Below are positions 37,731-49,879 of a stretch of 64,000 bases of DNA, one piece after another. The number at the start of each line of letters is the position of its first letter. Positions within the stretch are counted from its first letter, which is position 1. The stretch lies in NCBI RefSeq assembly GCF_006345805.1, contig NC_043015.1:12276001-12340000 (forward strand). The letters are read 5' to 3'. The notes under the pieces are model-generated. The model was not told where the DNA came from and searched no databases. It was given only the letters and a program-made list of their open reading frames with translations. Origin of the DNA: Octopus sinensis. Its lineage: Eukaryota. The translations under genes and the position numbers were made by a program.

Positions 37731-37959
37731 ATTTTCTATGCTTGTATCAGTGAAATGAGTATTTATTTGAAGTCGAATTTTATGGCCAGACACCCCTCCT
37801 GTCACCAAATTTTATCTGTCTTATAAATGAGGGTTTTTTTTCATTCGAATACTTTGAGAGCTCATAGCTATAACTTAAATAACTTGGATTGGTTTCAGCC
37901 ATTATCAACTCAGGGTATGACTAACTTAATAGCACTACCTGGAAAGATCTTTTAGGACA

Positions 37960-38130
37960 CCATGGACCACTCAAGCCAAGAGTTGTTGTTGGGTGACATG
38001 TATCCAGGTGTTGGTGGATTGTCTGGTACTTCCTGGAGAAATTTTTTGAGGCACCATTTGAATGCTGTGGGGGTCATTTTCAACTTTAATTTCCTTCAGG
38101 ATATCACTGAATAAATCAGGACCATGAGAA
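37960..38130 (-). mobile_element. CR1-group LINE 3' end remnant
   Basis: HGPDLFSDILKEIKVEND...FKWCLKKFLQEVPDNPPTPGYMSPNNNS, the same motif class as 59030-59220. Confidence 0.6.
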
Positions 38131-38241
38131 TGTAAACATGACACTACCACATCTTAACTTAGAGGGTTTCGTGCAAAGCAGAGAAATCACAAGTCATACA
38201 CATGTGCATAAGGACACAGACACAGACATAATATGTGTATA

Positions 38242-38283
<42 letters not shown>

Positions 38284-38345
38284 CATGTGTAAATATATAT
38301 GTACTATATATGAATCTATTCTATGTATGTGTGTATGTATGTGTG

Positions 38346-38410
<65 letters not shown>

Positions 38411-38479
38411 AATAATAAATATTAGGGAATAAATCCAAATTTACAGGGAAAAAATCAGATTTAGGATTAAATCCAATTT

Positions 38480-38730
38480 TATAGTAAAATAATATATAAT
38501 ATTAATTCGAGACAAAACCACTATTTTGCAAAACAAACAAGGAAAGACTTAATCAATACATAAAAATTTTTTAAATTAAAATTAAATTAAAACGAATGTC
38601 ATTGAAGACATGAAACGTTTGTAGTGGCGGTTTATTTCTTTATATTAAAAATTTTTATGTATTGATTAAGTCTTTCCTTGTTTGTTTTGCAAAATAGTGG
38701 TTTTGTCTCGAATTAATATTATATATATAT
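38480..38730. repeat. Inverted repeat (about 90-bp arms), Penelope pLTR-like context
   Basis: taatattaattcgagacaaaaccactattttgcaaaacaaacaagg... is paired by its reverse complement at about 38645-38725. Confidence 0.85.
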
Positions 38731-38844
38731 GTATATATATAAAGTTAATCCAAACATGAAAACACAAAGAAAAAACACAACAACGCGAGGACGTGGAACA
38801 AATATAGTATTACTGGATGCTCAGGAAGGAAGGGAAGAAGGAGG

Positions 38845-38879
38845 GTTTTACGTTTCGTGCGGAGCTCTTCATCAGAAAC
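38845..38879 (-). ncRNA. Minimal type I hammerhead ribozyme (35 nt)
   Basis: GTTT-CTGATGA-a-GAGCtccGCAC-GAA-ACGT-A-AAAC; canonical core, GUA triplet, one stem II mismatch. Confidence 0.65.
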
Positions 38880-39054
38880 ATAGGAATAGGAAAGATCCAG
38901 AGAAGGGAAGACGGAGGAAAAAAAAATCGCCAACGGTACACATGCAGTCACACTTTTTAAATCTAACCAAACTGAACAATTACCCATATGTATGTATGTA
39001 AAAAGTAAAAAAGTAAATAAAAATTAAGGGGGAGATAAGCCAACATTTTACACA

Positions 39055-39318
39055 TTACTTCTTACACAATATTAACACTGGCGAAATATGATGTCTCTCA
39101 AAAAATGAATGGCAACAAACAGATTTGCTCCTTTTGCAACTCTTGCAGTTCCATAATTTTCCATCAGTAACATCACCACATATAGTAAGGCCACATGGTG
39201 AATTACAATTCATAATTAGCCGATGCCATGCCAACCACTGAAGAATGTTGTCTCCAGCCTTTCCTAACTGAATGATAGTCCATGATTCCTCTAAGATTGA
39301 TTCATCCTTTTGCTTCTT
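39055..39318 (-). mobile_element. Merlin/IS1016-like transposase N-terminal fragment (absent from the ORF track)
   Basis: Open frame ...ILQWLAWHRLIMNCNSPCGLTICGDVTDGKLWNCKSCKRSKSVCCHSFFERHHISPVLILCKK* matches the DGxxWxCxxC..SxRxxSFF zinc-ribbon pattern. Confidence 0.6.
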
Positions 39319-40049
39319 TTACTACTTATCTCCTCCTTAATTTTTATTTACTTTTTTAATCCAACCAAACTGAACAATTATCATACACACACACACACCC
39401 ATACACACACACCATATCATGGAGAATCCTAGAAAATCCAGGCCCCTACATTAACAGGACCAACCACTGTAAATTATGCATAGCGGAACAGGCAAGGATT
39501 CTAAAGGACCTCCTCAACACAGGGAACATCCTGAACTCCAAAACAGAGGTCTTCAGGCCATGCTTACATTTCAGGAAATTCCTGGCACCCTACTGGAACC
39601 CACAGGATAACAGGGCCACCAGTGATCGATAGCCAAAGTGAGATAATCCTCTTAGTTGACATCGAGTAATGTGGTCATTTTCTCCTCCATATTCTAGCCA
39701 ACAGGTTTTGGGATCTGATGATACGCCATAAAACCAAGCCTAAGGTAATCCTATAAACCAGTCTTATCTAACTTTGATATATGCTGCTCTATAATGTAGA
39801 GTGTGTTTCTTTTTTCAGATTTATGTTTACGGACGATATGTAGTGGATTTGCTCCCTACACTCAGCACACAATAATATGAAAATGAAAGGGTATATCTTT
39901 TTCCACCTCTGATGAGATTCAACTTTAAAATGTTTTTAATTATACTAATTAATTTCTAAAGTCTTGAATTGAAATAACTTTCAGAGATGATGTCCAATTT
40001 TGTAATTAATAATTAATCATCAATTTAATTTTCTCTATTTTCTTATATA

Positions 40050-40120
<71 letters not shown>

Positions 40121-40144
40121 CTGTATTTATGTGCTTTCTGGTAT

Positions 40145-40203
40145 ATTCAACTGAAGAAGGCAGAGCTTCTCTGGAGCAAAGCCAGAAATCCAGCATCTTG
40201 AAT
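40145..40203 (+). ncRNA. Type I hammerhead-like motif
   Basis: ATTCAA-CTGAAGA-a-GGC..GCC-a-GAA-AT(ccagc)AT-C-TTGAAT: 6-bp stem I, AUC triplet, extra A before GAAA. Confidence 0.45.
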
Positions 40204-40782
40204 TATCCAGTAAAATCTTTCTTTTGCTAGTCTATTTTGTCTTTCTGTCTTCTCTCCTGGCGTGATATAAACATATAAGGTGGTTTTAGGGTCAGGGTTT
40301 TGACTGCTATTTCAGCATGGTGGTATCTCTCAGATACTCTAATTTATAGCTTAAATAATTATTACCTTTGAATGGTATTTATTCCCATGCTGGCCACTAG
40401 ATAAAATCGATATTATCCTTATTTATGAATAAATATATATATACATATATATGATCAAACAAATTCTAAAAGAGCCGGTGTTGATCTACAAAGGCATGAT
40501 CTATATTATGTAGTAGAAGTGTTAAAATACTTTTAAAATACCTAAAATTAATGAGAGACAACAGAGATTTATATCCTCTAAGTTACAGGTACTATTTTTA
40601 ACTTTGAGGATGTAAAACTCTGCTGTTTCTCAATAATTCCTCTCCTTTTAACTTTCCCCTTGAAGAAGGACTCTCTCCAAAACATTGGATTTTTCACTCC
40701 TCACGAGTTCACTGCATTCTTTTTACCTATTTACCAACCAAATACATACATATATAACACACATACACAAAGATATATATGA

Positions 40783-40990
40783 GTGGGGCTGAAAAGTTCT
40801 TGGCTGTAAAGTAACACGAAAGGCCTGGTTGGTGGCTCAACTTTCCGAGTTCTTTTACAGGGCTTAAGAAAACTGAAGGACCATGGCAATAAGTGTATGA
40901 ACCCGAGAGAGGAATATGTTGAATAAAATCATAATTTAATGATCCACTTATTATTTTATTTTTATCCAAAGCCAGGAACTTTTCAGCATT
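40783..40990. mobile_element. mariner-derived MITE
   Basis: TIRs ggctgaaaagttcttggct / agccaggaacttttcagc; the interior retains the transposase end (...NKCMNPR.EYVE*). Confidence 0.7.
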
Positions 40991-41263
40991 CTATCATAAA
41001 ATGAGCTTTTGCATAGTTTCCATGGTCGAAAGCAACAGTATTTGTCTCCCATTGCCCTACTCACGGGTAGCCAGATACTATTAAGTAGGTATGGTGAACA
41101 CTTTCCTCACCTTAGTCTTTAATTTAAATCAGGATAAACTTTAAAAATTACAATTGTTTCTCCATTGAAAAATATTAAAAATTTTACTGAGATATCAAGC
41201 CAGATAGACTGAGTATTTCTCCATCTCTAACATAATCTTTGCCAGTTTCTTGCACTATCATAC

Positions 41264-41325
41264 TTATGCTTGGTTTTCAGGTTGTAGCAATTTGTAGCTG
41301 AGTGGAAAAGGAAGAAAATAATTAT
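41264..41325 (-). other. Non-coding 5'UTR exon of the MYND-finger gene
   Basis: Strong acceptor tttctttgttttttacag| and donor TAA|gtatga; splicing to 37199 puts an in-frame TAA three codons before the ATG at 37193. Confidence 0.65.
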
Positions 41326-42019
41326 CTGTAAAAAACAAAGAAATGAATTTTGCAAAATAAATAAATAAATAAACACTGGCCTCTTGTCTTTGCAGTGGGA
41401 GAGAGAATATAAAGAATTTATCAGTTAGGTCAGTGTCAAGTAGTAAGAAAGTTTTAAAATACAATACAAAAACTTTTACTAGTCATATTACTTTCATTAC
41501 AGAACATGCTTTCTGTGTCTCATTGTTGACTATATATTATTTAGCTGTCGTTTGTTTTGGATCTTTTTGCTCGAAAATCTTTCTGAAAACTGCTTGGTGA
41601 TTATTAAGTTTAGAACATCACATTCACTTTTGTCATGAATATTCATGCTTAAAAGGTAAAACATTAAAAGATCTTTTAAGAAAACAATAACAATGTTATA
41701 TCATGAGGGTCATGATTAAGAAAAAAATTCCACCTAAAATTATTAAACATCACTGAATTACAAATTAATTTTACCATTTCAAGAAACTCAGTTGTACAAT
41801 CAATATCCCATGAGTGAGTTTCTTATGAGAGTATTAGCAACTTCTATACTCATGAAGTTGTCAACCATTCACTCAGTTTTGTGGATCCAAATGATGACAG
41901 CATCCATAAACAGACAACAAACAGACAATGGATGTTGGCCAAAAAGAAACCTCAGCAACAATATGATTAGTGAGGATTTAATTACATCATATCAAATTCA
42001 AAATCAAATTCGATGACTG

Positions 42020-42550
42020 GCATCTGTACTAGCGGGGTGCAAAGAGCACCATATGAGTGTGATCGTTGACAGAGTGGCTACCTGGCTTCCATGCCAGTGG
42101 CACATAAAAGGCACCATTCGAATGTGATTGTTACCAGTGTTGCCTTACTGGCACTTGTGCCCCATGCTAGTAGGGTGCTAAGAGCACCATACGAGTGTGA
42201 TCGTTGACAGAGTGGCTAACTGGCTTCCATGCCTGTGGCACGTAAAAGGCACCATTCGAGCGTGATTGTTACCAGCGTCACCTTACTGGCACTTGTGCCG
42301 GTGGCATGTGTTAAAACATTCGAGCGAGGTCGTTGCCAGTAATGCCTGACTGGCCCCCATGCCGGTGGCACGTAAAAGCACCCACTACACTCTCGGAGTG
42401 GTTGGCATTAGGAAGGGCATTCAGCTGTAGAAACTCTGCCAGATTAGATTGGAGCCTGGTGCAGCCATCTGGTTCACAAGCCTTCAGTCAAATCGTTCAA
42501 CACATGCTAGCATGGAAAGCGGACATTAAACGATGATGATGATGATGATG
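42020..42550 (+). mobile_element. RTE LINE 3'UTR copy with tandem subrepeats
   Basis: Duplicated gagcaccata.gagtgtgatcgttgacagagtggct units; (GAT)n tail. Confidence 0.75.
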
Positions 42551-42569
42551 ATGATATCTTCAAGAGCAT

Positions 42570-42880
42570 GTGTGGTGAAACAAATTTAGAAATCAAGAAA
42601 AACTATTCATAAATCTCATTTCATGCATCAATGACTGTTATGTTTTCCTGCATAATTATGGACAATTGCTTCAAAACATCCAGCTTTTATATCCATATTA
42701 CAAATTTACATTTATACCAATAATAATTGGAGCCCTTGGTTTTGTAAGTGAATGCCCAACTATCAGTCTGGATAAGGTTGGATTTTCAGAAAAAGTAATT
42801 AATAAACTGATTTGCACATTACAAATACAATCTATAAGTGAAACAGTAAAACTATGCGAGACTTTTCTCAAGTTGAAAAT
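42570..42880 (+). mobile_element. RLE-type non-LTR retrotransposon C-terminal remnant
   Basis: QNIQLLYPYYKFTFIPIIIGALG motif. Confidence 0.55.
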
Positions 42881-45233
42881 GCGACATCATTTTCATTATC
42901 TACATTCCAATGAAAAAGTTTTGTATGTTTGTTAAAAACCAGCTTCTTCATCAGAGGAAGAATTTAAATGATTAAATACAGAAGATATACACACATGCAC
43001 ACCCACCCACCAACACACACACACAGAACATGCATAAAAGTCCCCTACCTTCTGAATGACAAAAATGTAAGTGTTGATCTAGTTTGTTGTTAGTGAAAAC
43101 CCTTGAATTAATTATTACTTTATTTTGGCTTGCAAAATATATTGCTACTGGATTATGATCTAGATTTGTGTTAAATAGGTATATAAATAGACGGAAAAAC
43201 AAATTTCAAGGATGAATTCATCCATGTAGCAGATAGTAGTCACTGAAATCAACCAGAAATATAAAGCTCAGCCAAGCCGAAGATCGTTGACAAAATCGAA
43301 AAAAAAAAAAAACGCACACACACACATGCAAAAATAACAGGTGACAAAGTACCAATGGAAAGTCCTTATGTCTAAATATCAAATAAAAGGTTCTTCTGAA
43401 ACCATGGAAATTATTTGACAAGCAACAACATTAGTCAAAGTTATGTTCTGTCTTAATAACAAATTGTCAACAATCTGATGCAGTCATACTCTCCCAGAGA
43501 AATCACACTGTCTACCGATTAACTGCTGACCTAAATAGACATTTCAATTTGAAACTAATGAAAAAAAAATTTTTGTGGGTCACCAAATAAAATAAAAGTA
43601 GTAGTAAGCTAGAACAGCAAAATTGTAGTTCTAAGCTTGAGGACACATGTTGGGGAATATATTACACTGGTAAATTAATCTGGGTATACTGAATAGGTGG
43701 AGTAAATTTTTATTTTTTATGAAATACATGAAATTGAAGATGTTAGTTTGTACACTAACAATATAACACTGCATTAGTTTGTTGTGAAATGCATAAAGAA
43801 CAGTAGTTTGAAATTATGATTGCTTATTTTAATTAGTGGTTTAAAATATCTTTTCATTGTTAGACTAGCCCTAGCCAGGATAAAAGCTTCTGAACACTGT
43901 AGTCAGTGGAATTGTCCTGGGATGATATGAAGAGATCCAATAAAATCAATTTTTTTCACCCTTTAGCTTGAAGCAGATACTTTGTTTAGGGATACCACTA
44001 TTAGTATGTCTGCCTGGTTAAATGTGTCTTTATTAATTGGTATTAAGTTTATCTGTATGTTGTCCTATAATAGACAAACTCTGAACATTGTTGATATAAC
44101 ATTTATTTTTATCAAAGTTTATTACAATATTTACATTTTTTATTGTGGCTTGTTAGTAATGTAAAGTGGTGTGCTAGAAACGACTGTAGTTTGTAATTAC
44201 ATTGCTAACAGAAGAGATTCACAAGAGACCGGAATAATGTTTTGACTATCAAAATCGAAGAATCCTATTAACTCAGGTCTGAGTTTCAGCTAAAGAAAAT
44301 TTGTCAATGTGCCACTCTCTTCTGTGTTCATAACTAAGAATTGATTAGTTATAGATGTGTTGTGAGGTGAGGATACTGTGTTCATAATATGCACTTGGAG
44401 AAGTGCAGTGCTAACAAAGTAATTTTTTTAAACGCAGGTCACATAAGGACCAAGAATCCAAAGTTCAGCTATCTGCTCTGGAATCTACTCAAACCTCTTT
44501 GCTTACTTTCTTACATTGTTGCTTATATTACTCCAAAAACATGGTAACTACTGGAACAAAATAGAACATTCTTGGATATTGGATGATATTCCAGCAAGTC
44601 AATTGTTTGATATTCCGGGAATGTTGCCATATTTAAGTGTGGTCTAGACCTAGCTGCTAAAGTTGTAAGGTTTCAATTCTAGGTTTTGCTACAAACAACT
44701 CATTTGCTCCCCTATACATCACATGAGTGGAAGGTTACTGCCGCCATATTTAATGAAATAAGGTACAAACAACCTTTGGTTTTTGTGTGGTACTGAACTA
44801 CTTCTTTAGAGACCCCACCTTACTGACTTAACAAATGATGCTTGGGGAACATGGTGGTTCCTGTACCTCAGCCATGCAATTATCTATGTTGATGCCACGA
44901 GTATTTTAGGATATCTTGAAAATTGTTAAGGAGGAAAATCTGTTTCATATGATGCAATTTATTATTGAGAGACAGTGTGCATACTTCTAGTTTGACTATT
45001 TTTTCCTGATTTATCTTTCTTTTTTTTTCTGTCTCCATTTTTTTTTTATTGATTGCTTTTGTAAAGATAAATATCTTTTTTTGAGAAGTAGACAATCTTT
45101 GATTACAATGAGTCCCTTTCACTTTGTCAAACTTCAGAGGGTGGTCTCAGCATTTTTTTTTTAGAACTGAGGAGCAATCAGTTTGTCTTACAGAATATTT
45201 TAGGGTGCAATTAAAAGATTATTGTGTGTGTGT

Positions 45234-45303
<70 letters not shown>

Positions 45304-45714
45304 ATGTTGTTTATTACAGTTGTTGTACATTTTTGTTTTGTTGAATTACACTGTATAACACGGTTTTTGTCCTTGGATAGCAACTGTTATTTCCTATTTG
45401 CTTACTCCAAGAAAGTATGAAAAGTGGTTAATATTTCCTTCAAACTTTGCTTTTGTTACATTTACTCAAACCTCAAAGAATCTCTCTAAACACATGGTTG
45501 TGATGCTCCCCCAAAACTCCTGCTCATGTTGTTAGCCACTAAGGAAAAGCAAATCTGTGGTATTGAGCAGAATATTTTCTACAACAATATTTCTGCTTCA
45601 ACAATTCAACACTGAATCTGTCTAAAATGTAATGGAAAATAAGTCAGTTTCAAAACATTGATGACCAGGTCACAAAAGCAAAGTTTGAAGAGAATAGTAG
45701 TAATTTCCTTTGAT

Positions 45715-46105
45715 TTAGCCATATTGTCCGGCGTTGCTCAGGTTTGTTTCGAGCCTTTAGAATTGAAATTTTCGAAAAGTAAAAATCTTGCATTATGTAG
45801 CTTGTTATTCTCTTTAAGTGAACATTTTTCTGGTTGAAATACACCAGAAAATGGCGACACAGCAGTAAAAAAATCGTAAAAAGTAGGGATTTTCATAGAA
45901 AAAAAGTACCTTTTTAATGTAAATAATTTTTGGTCTTAACATAGTCCGATTTGAATTTTTTCTTCTATGGAAGAAAGAGTAAGCCTTCTTCTATTATAGT
46001 CTCAATTTTGGTCAACTTGCACCGCAGGGTCTCAGAGGAGATAGTGTTAGTTGAAGGTTACCAAACCTGCCAAACACAGACAACTTCAGCTTTATATAGA
46101 GAGAG
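45715..46105 (+). mobile_element. Helentron-associated (HINE/DINE-1-like) non-autonomous element
   Basis: cggcgttgctc.ggtttgt 5' block and body shared with 54171-54500; ends ctttatatagagag. Confidence 0.55.
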
Positions 46106-46486
46106 AAACCCTAACCCTTTGTTATCGAAATAGAGACTTGAAACCTACTCTGGCCATAACTACATCACGCCCTCTATAGGTGCGTAAATTTTCAGCTCAA
46201 TCCTAGCACGTCTAGTGCCATTGAATCCTTACCAAAGCCAAAGTGTGCAAGTTTTTTTCCTCTTTAATATAGGTAGATATGTGTGTTGTTGAACATGTTT
46301 GATACTGTAGAATTTTTTTTTGTTACTCTCACAATGGAGCCTCTCAACAGTCACAACTCAACCTGCTAGAAATCATCATCAAATCTCTCAGTAATCATAC
46401 TGAATAGCAAAATTTAAAATTATTTAATACAATTATATATTTCCATCTTTGACAATGACAAAACAAAATATCAACAATTTAGACAC

Positions 46487-46950
46487 AGGCATGACTGTGT
46501 GGTGAGAAGCTTGCTTCCCAACCACATAGTTCTGGGTTCAGTCCCACTGCACGGCACCTTGGGCAAGTGTCTTTTACTATAGCCTCAGGCTGACCAAAAC
46601 CTTGTAAGTAGACTTGGTAGATGGAAACTGAAAGAAGCCTGTCATAAATGTATGTATGTCTGTGTGTGTTTATGTGTGTGTGTGTGTGTGTGTGTGTGTA
46701 TGCGTGTGTGTGTGTGTGTCCATGTGTGTATGTATGTGTCTGTGTTTGTCCCGCCCCATCACTTGACAACCGACGTTGGTGTGTTTATGTCCCCTTCACA
46801 TAGTGGTTCAGGAAAAAAGATGAATAAAGTAAGTACTAGGGTTACAAAGAATAGGTCCTAGAGTTGATTTCTTCAACTAAAACCCTTTAAGGCAGTGCTC
46901 CAGCATGGTCACAATCAAATGACAGAAACATGTAAAAGAATAAAAGAATA
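46487..46950 (+). mobile_element. tRNA/CORE-type SINE (family 2), CpG-decayed
   Basis: ggcaccttgggcaagtgtctt CORE-like block and the family tail. Confidence 0.8.
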
Positions 46951-47226
46951 GTTGAAATCCAAAATATTCCCTAGCACAATAATTCCCAGACTGACAAACA
47001 TGAAACCATTTCTAGAAACAATGAGTTAAATCCTACGCCACCCTACCCCACCTCACTCCCACCCTCTTTTATTAAAAAGTCAAAAGACACAGTGTATCAT
47101 AGAAATCTTTCTTTGATATGGAATTGGACAAATTTTTGAAAAGCTTCAAATCATCGAAAATTTTAAACATGGTAATTAATCTACTTCTCTGTCCTCACAA
47201 CCAGCCCTGGAGGGTGGGGGTCCCAC

Positions 47227-47278
47227 CTTATAAGAAACACACTGTCCTGGAACAAAGAAGTTTGCCACAGTACAGCAT
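47227..47278 (-). other. Candidate further 5'UTR exon (52 nt) containing a short uORF
   Basis: Acceptor ttatttttag|ATG and donor AAG|gtggga; ATG...TAA gives MLYCGKLLCSRTVCFL*. Confidence 0.3.
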
Positions 47279-47514
47279 CTAAAAATAAATTCTTGTATGG
47301 CTATTAAACTTAATATAATCAAAGTGAAAAATGATGTCTTTTGACAAGAGTTGCCACATTGATCTAATTGCCGTGGAATGTGGGGAGTTGTTACATCAGC
47401 AGACATCACAGTGAGATTGTAACAGAGCTGTTTGTAAATAACAATTTGATTCTGATGTTTAAGGATGCTTGTATGATACTATTGTGATATTGCTCCTTAA
47501 AACATATCAATGTC

Positions 47515-47750
47515 TTGAGGGCGGCGAGCTGGTAGGATCATTAGCATTTCGGGCAAAGTGCTTAGCGGTATTTCATCTGCCGTTACATTCTGAGTTCAAA
47601 TTCCGCTGAGGTCGACTTTGCCTTTCATCCTTTCGGGGTCAATTAAATAAGTACCAGTTACGCACTGGGGTCGATGTTATCGACTTAATCCCTTTGTCTG
47701 TCCTTGTTTGTCCCCTCTATGTTTATCCCCTTGTGGGCAATAAAGAAATA
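47515..47750 (+). mobile_element. SINE family 1, near full length
   Basis: ggcggcgagctgg head, family core and tail. Confidence 0.8.
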
Positions 47751-48169
47751 AATATATCAATGTTTTGCAAATTATGATGGGAACAGAGCTACTTATTCTG
47801 GGGGAGGTGTGTTGTTAATTAAAACAACTTCTGTATTTGATTGATGCTTTTTTTACCAATTCCAGAATGATGAAAAAAATGAAAAAAACGAAAAAAAAAA
47901 CTGCAGCATGATGGGATTGCTAAATGGATGTAGCTAAATACCAAAAGACATTTTGTTTGACGATCTGCCTATTTTGAATGTTAAAGACAATAATGTTAGA
48001 AATATTTTTTTCTTAATTTATGTAACATTTTGATATTGCTGTTGCATTCATTAATTGATTTATTGCTATTTTATTATGTAAACTAATGTGTCCGCATGGA
48101 TGGTGGCTCACTTGCATTTAATGAGAGAGACTTGGAGATGCCACAATGAAAGATTGCTAAATGAAGGGA

Positions 48170-48360
48170 ATGAATGGAAGAAAGAGAGTCTGCCAAATGT
48201 CAATCCAATAGAGAAACCAGCTATCTGAATTGATAGTACCTTAGTAGATAAAGCAATTAAGGGTATGAAGACAGGGAAAGTCCCCAACCCATCAGTAATC
48301 ACTGCAGAGTTGCTTAAAATATCTAACGGTGTAGGCTATAATCTAGTCAGCCATATAGGG
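48170..48360 (+). mobile_element. RTE LINE RT N-terminal fragment
   Basis: LVDKAIKGMKTGKVPNPSVITAELLK resembles the RT domain-0 KAxGPDGIxAELLK motif. Confidence 0.6.
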
Positions 48361-48414
48361 TTGATCCTATGTATATGGCTGTAGAGTTGTGTAATAGATT
48401 AAGGACACAACCAA

Positions 48415-48690
48415 AAATTTTAAGCAACAATATGCCACTCACCTCCATTCTTTTAGATACGATAAACATAGTAAATCTACAACACTCGCCAACCACATAT
48501 ATCATCTCAAAAATACAAATTATACCCTATACTCTATCATGGTCCATACTGGACTCAGGGATACCCTACCAAGGTCAACACTCAACCTGCAAATTTTGCC
48601 TGTAGGAGGCACTTCACATATTAAAGCACAACTCTCCAGCACTGCTAAATAAACATAATGAGGCACTAAGCACATGCAACCACTGCTTTT
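48415..48690 (+). mobile_element. Penelope-like element GIY-YIG endonuclease C-terminal remnant
   Basis: FKQQYATHLHSFRYDKHSKSTTLANHIYHLK(fs)IPYTLSWSILDSGIPYQGQHSTCKFCL*EALHIL...LLNKHNEALSTCNH. Confidence 0.65.
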
Positions 48691-49680
48691 TTCATACATT
48701 CAAAGTCTACCACGAATCCAAATGCCTAAACGACCATACAGTACATTTCCACAATACCCCTTAGGTAATCCCAATAACATTATAAAACTACACTTTAACT
48801 CCTAATCCCTATCTAATTCCTCACTCATACCTGAGTATCACAACCATCTAATTATATTCATATGTATGTGCATCCATGCATATGTGTGCGTATATGTATG
48901 TATGTGTGTATGCATGTATGTATGTATGTGTGTATGTGTGAATGTATGTATGCAGGCAAGGTATATATACCTGCATGTACAGGGGCAATAATACATGCAG
49001 ATACACATATATATGGGTGCGCATGTGTGCATATGCAAATGAGTAAGAGCTGTATATGTAGACATTGATTTGTATAAACATCTGTATAAATTTATATATG
49101 CATGTTTAATATATACATATGTATACATCTTCACATATATATTTTCTTCTACTACTAAACACTGACCTGTCCAACCACCCAAATTCCTAAATTCTTCATT
49201 CCATACTACTACCCTTCTCTCTGGCCCATCACTTAGACTCTATCACTGCACAATTGACAATCCTTTAAGTTTTATACCTCTCTCTCTATCACCCCGCCCC
49301 CATTCCTGCTATCTTTTTACACTCTAATACCTTTCTCTCTCTATCACCCTTATCTCCCCATTCCTACTTTCAAATTATCTCTAACTGGCTCCCTTAATTC
49401 GTTCCTCTCTTCTTATTTTTTCTTCTTTTTTTTATTTATTTTTTTATACACACATGCTGATATATGACAGCATGTGGACCCCTTATTCGCATGATCACCG
49501 AATCTGGAACTCAACTATGGTCCATCCATAGCACTTATTCAGCATTACCTGACACCTTTGGGTCTCACTGACACCATTACCTCTCATAACCTCTATATAT
49601 GTATATATATATTTATACATATATCTGTATATGTATGTATACAATACATACATATACATACATATATATATATTTATATA

Positions 49681-49716
<36 letters not shown>

Positions 49717-49786
49717 TGTATGTATGTATGTATGTATGTATGTATGTATGTATGTATGCATCTATGTATGAATGTATGTATGCATG

Positions 49787-49839
<53 letters not shown>

Positions 49840-49879
49840 ACAAATGAAGAAAGAAATAGTTTGATTAAATTTTATTTAA

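Noticed and set aside
39905-39935. CTGATGA motif
   Set aside because: No downstream GAAA or stems
43353-43530. Possible additional minus-strand UTR exon
   Set aside because: The acceptor is plausible but the donor (gtactt) is weak and there is no other support
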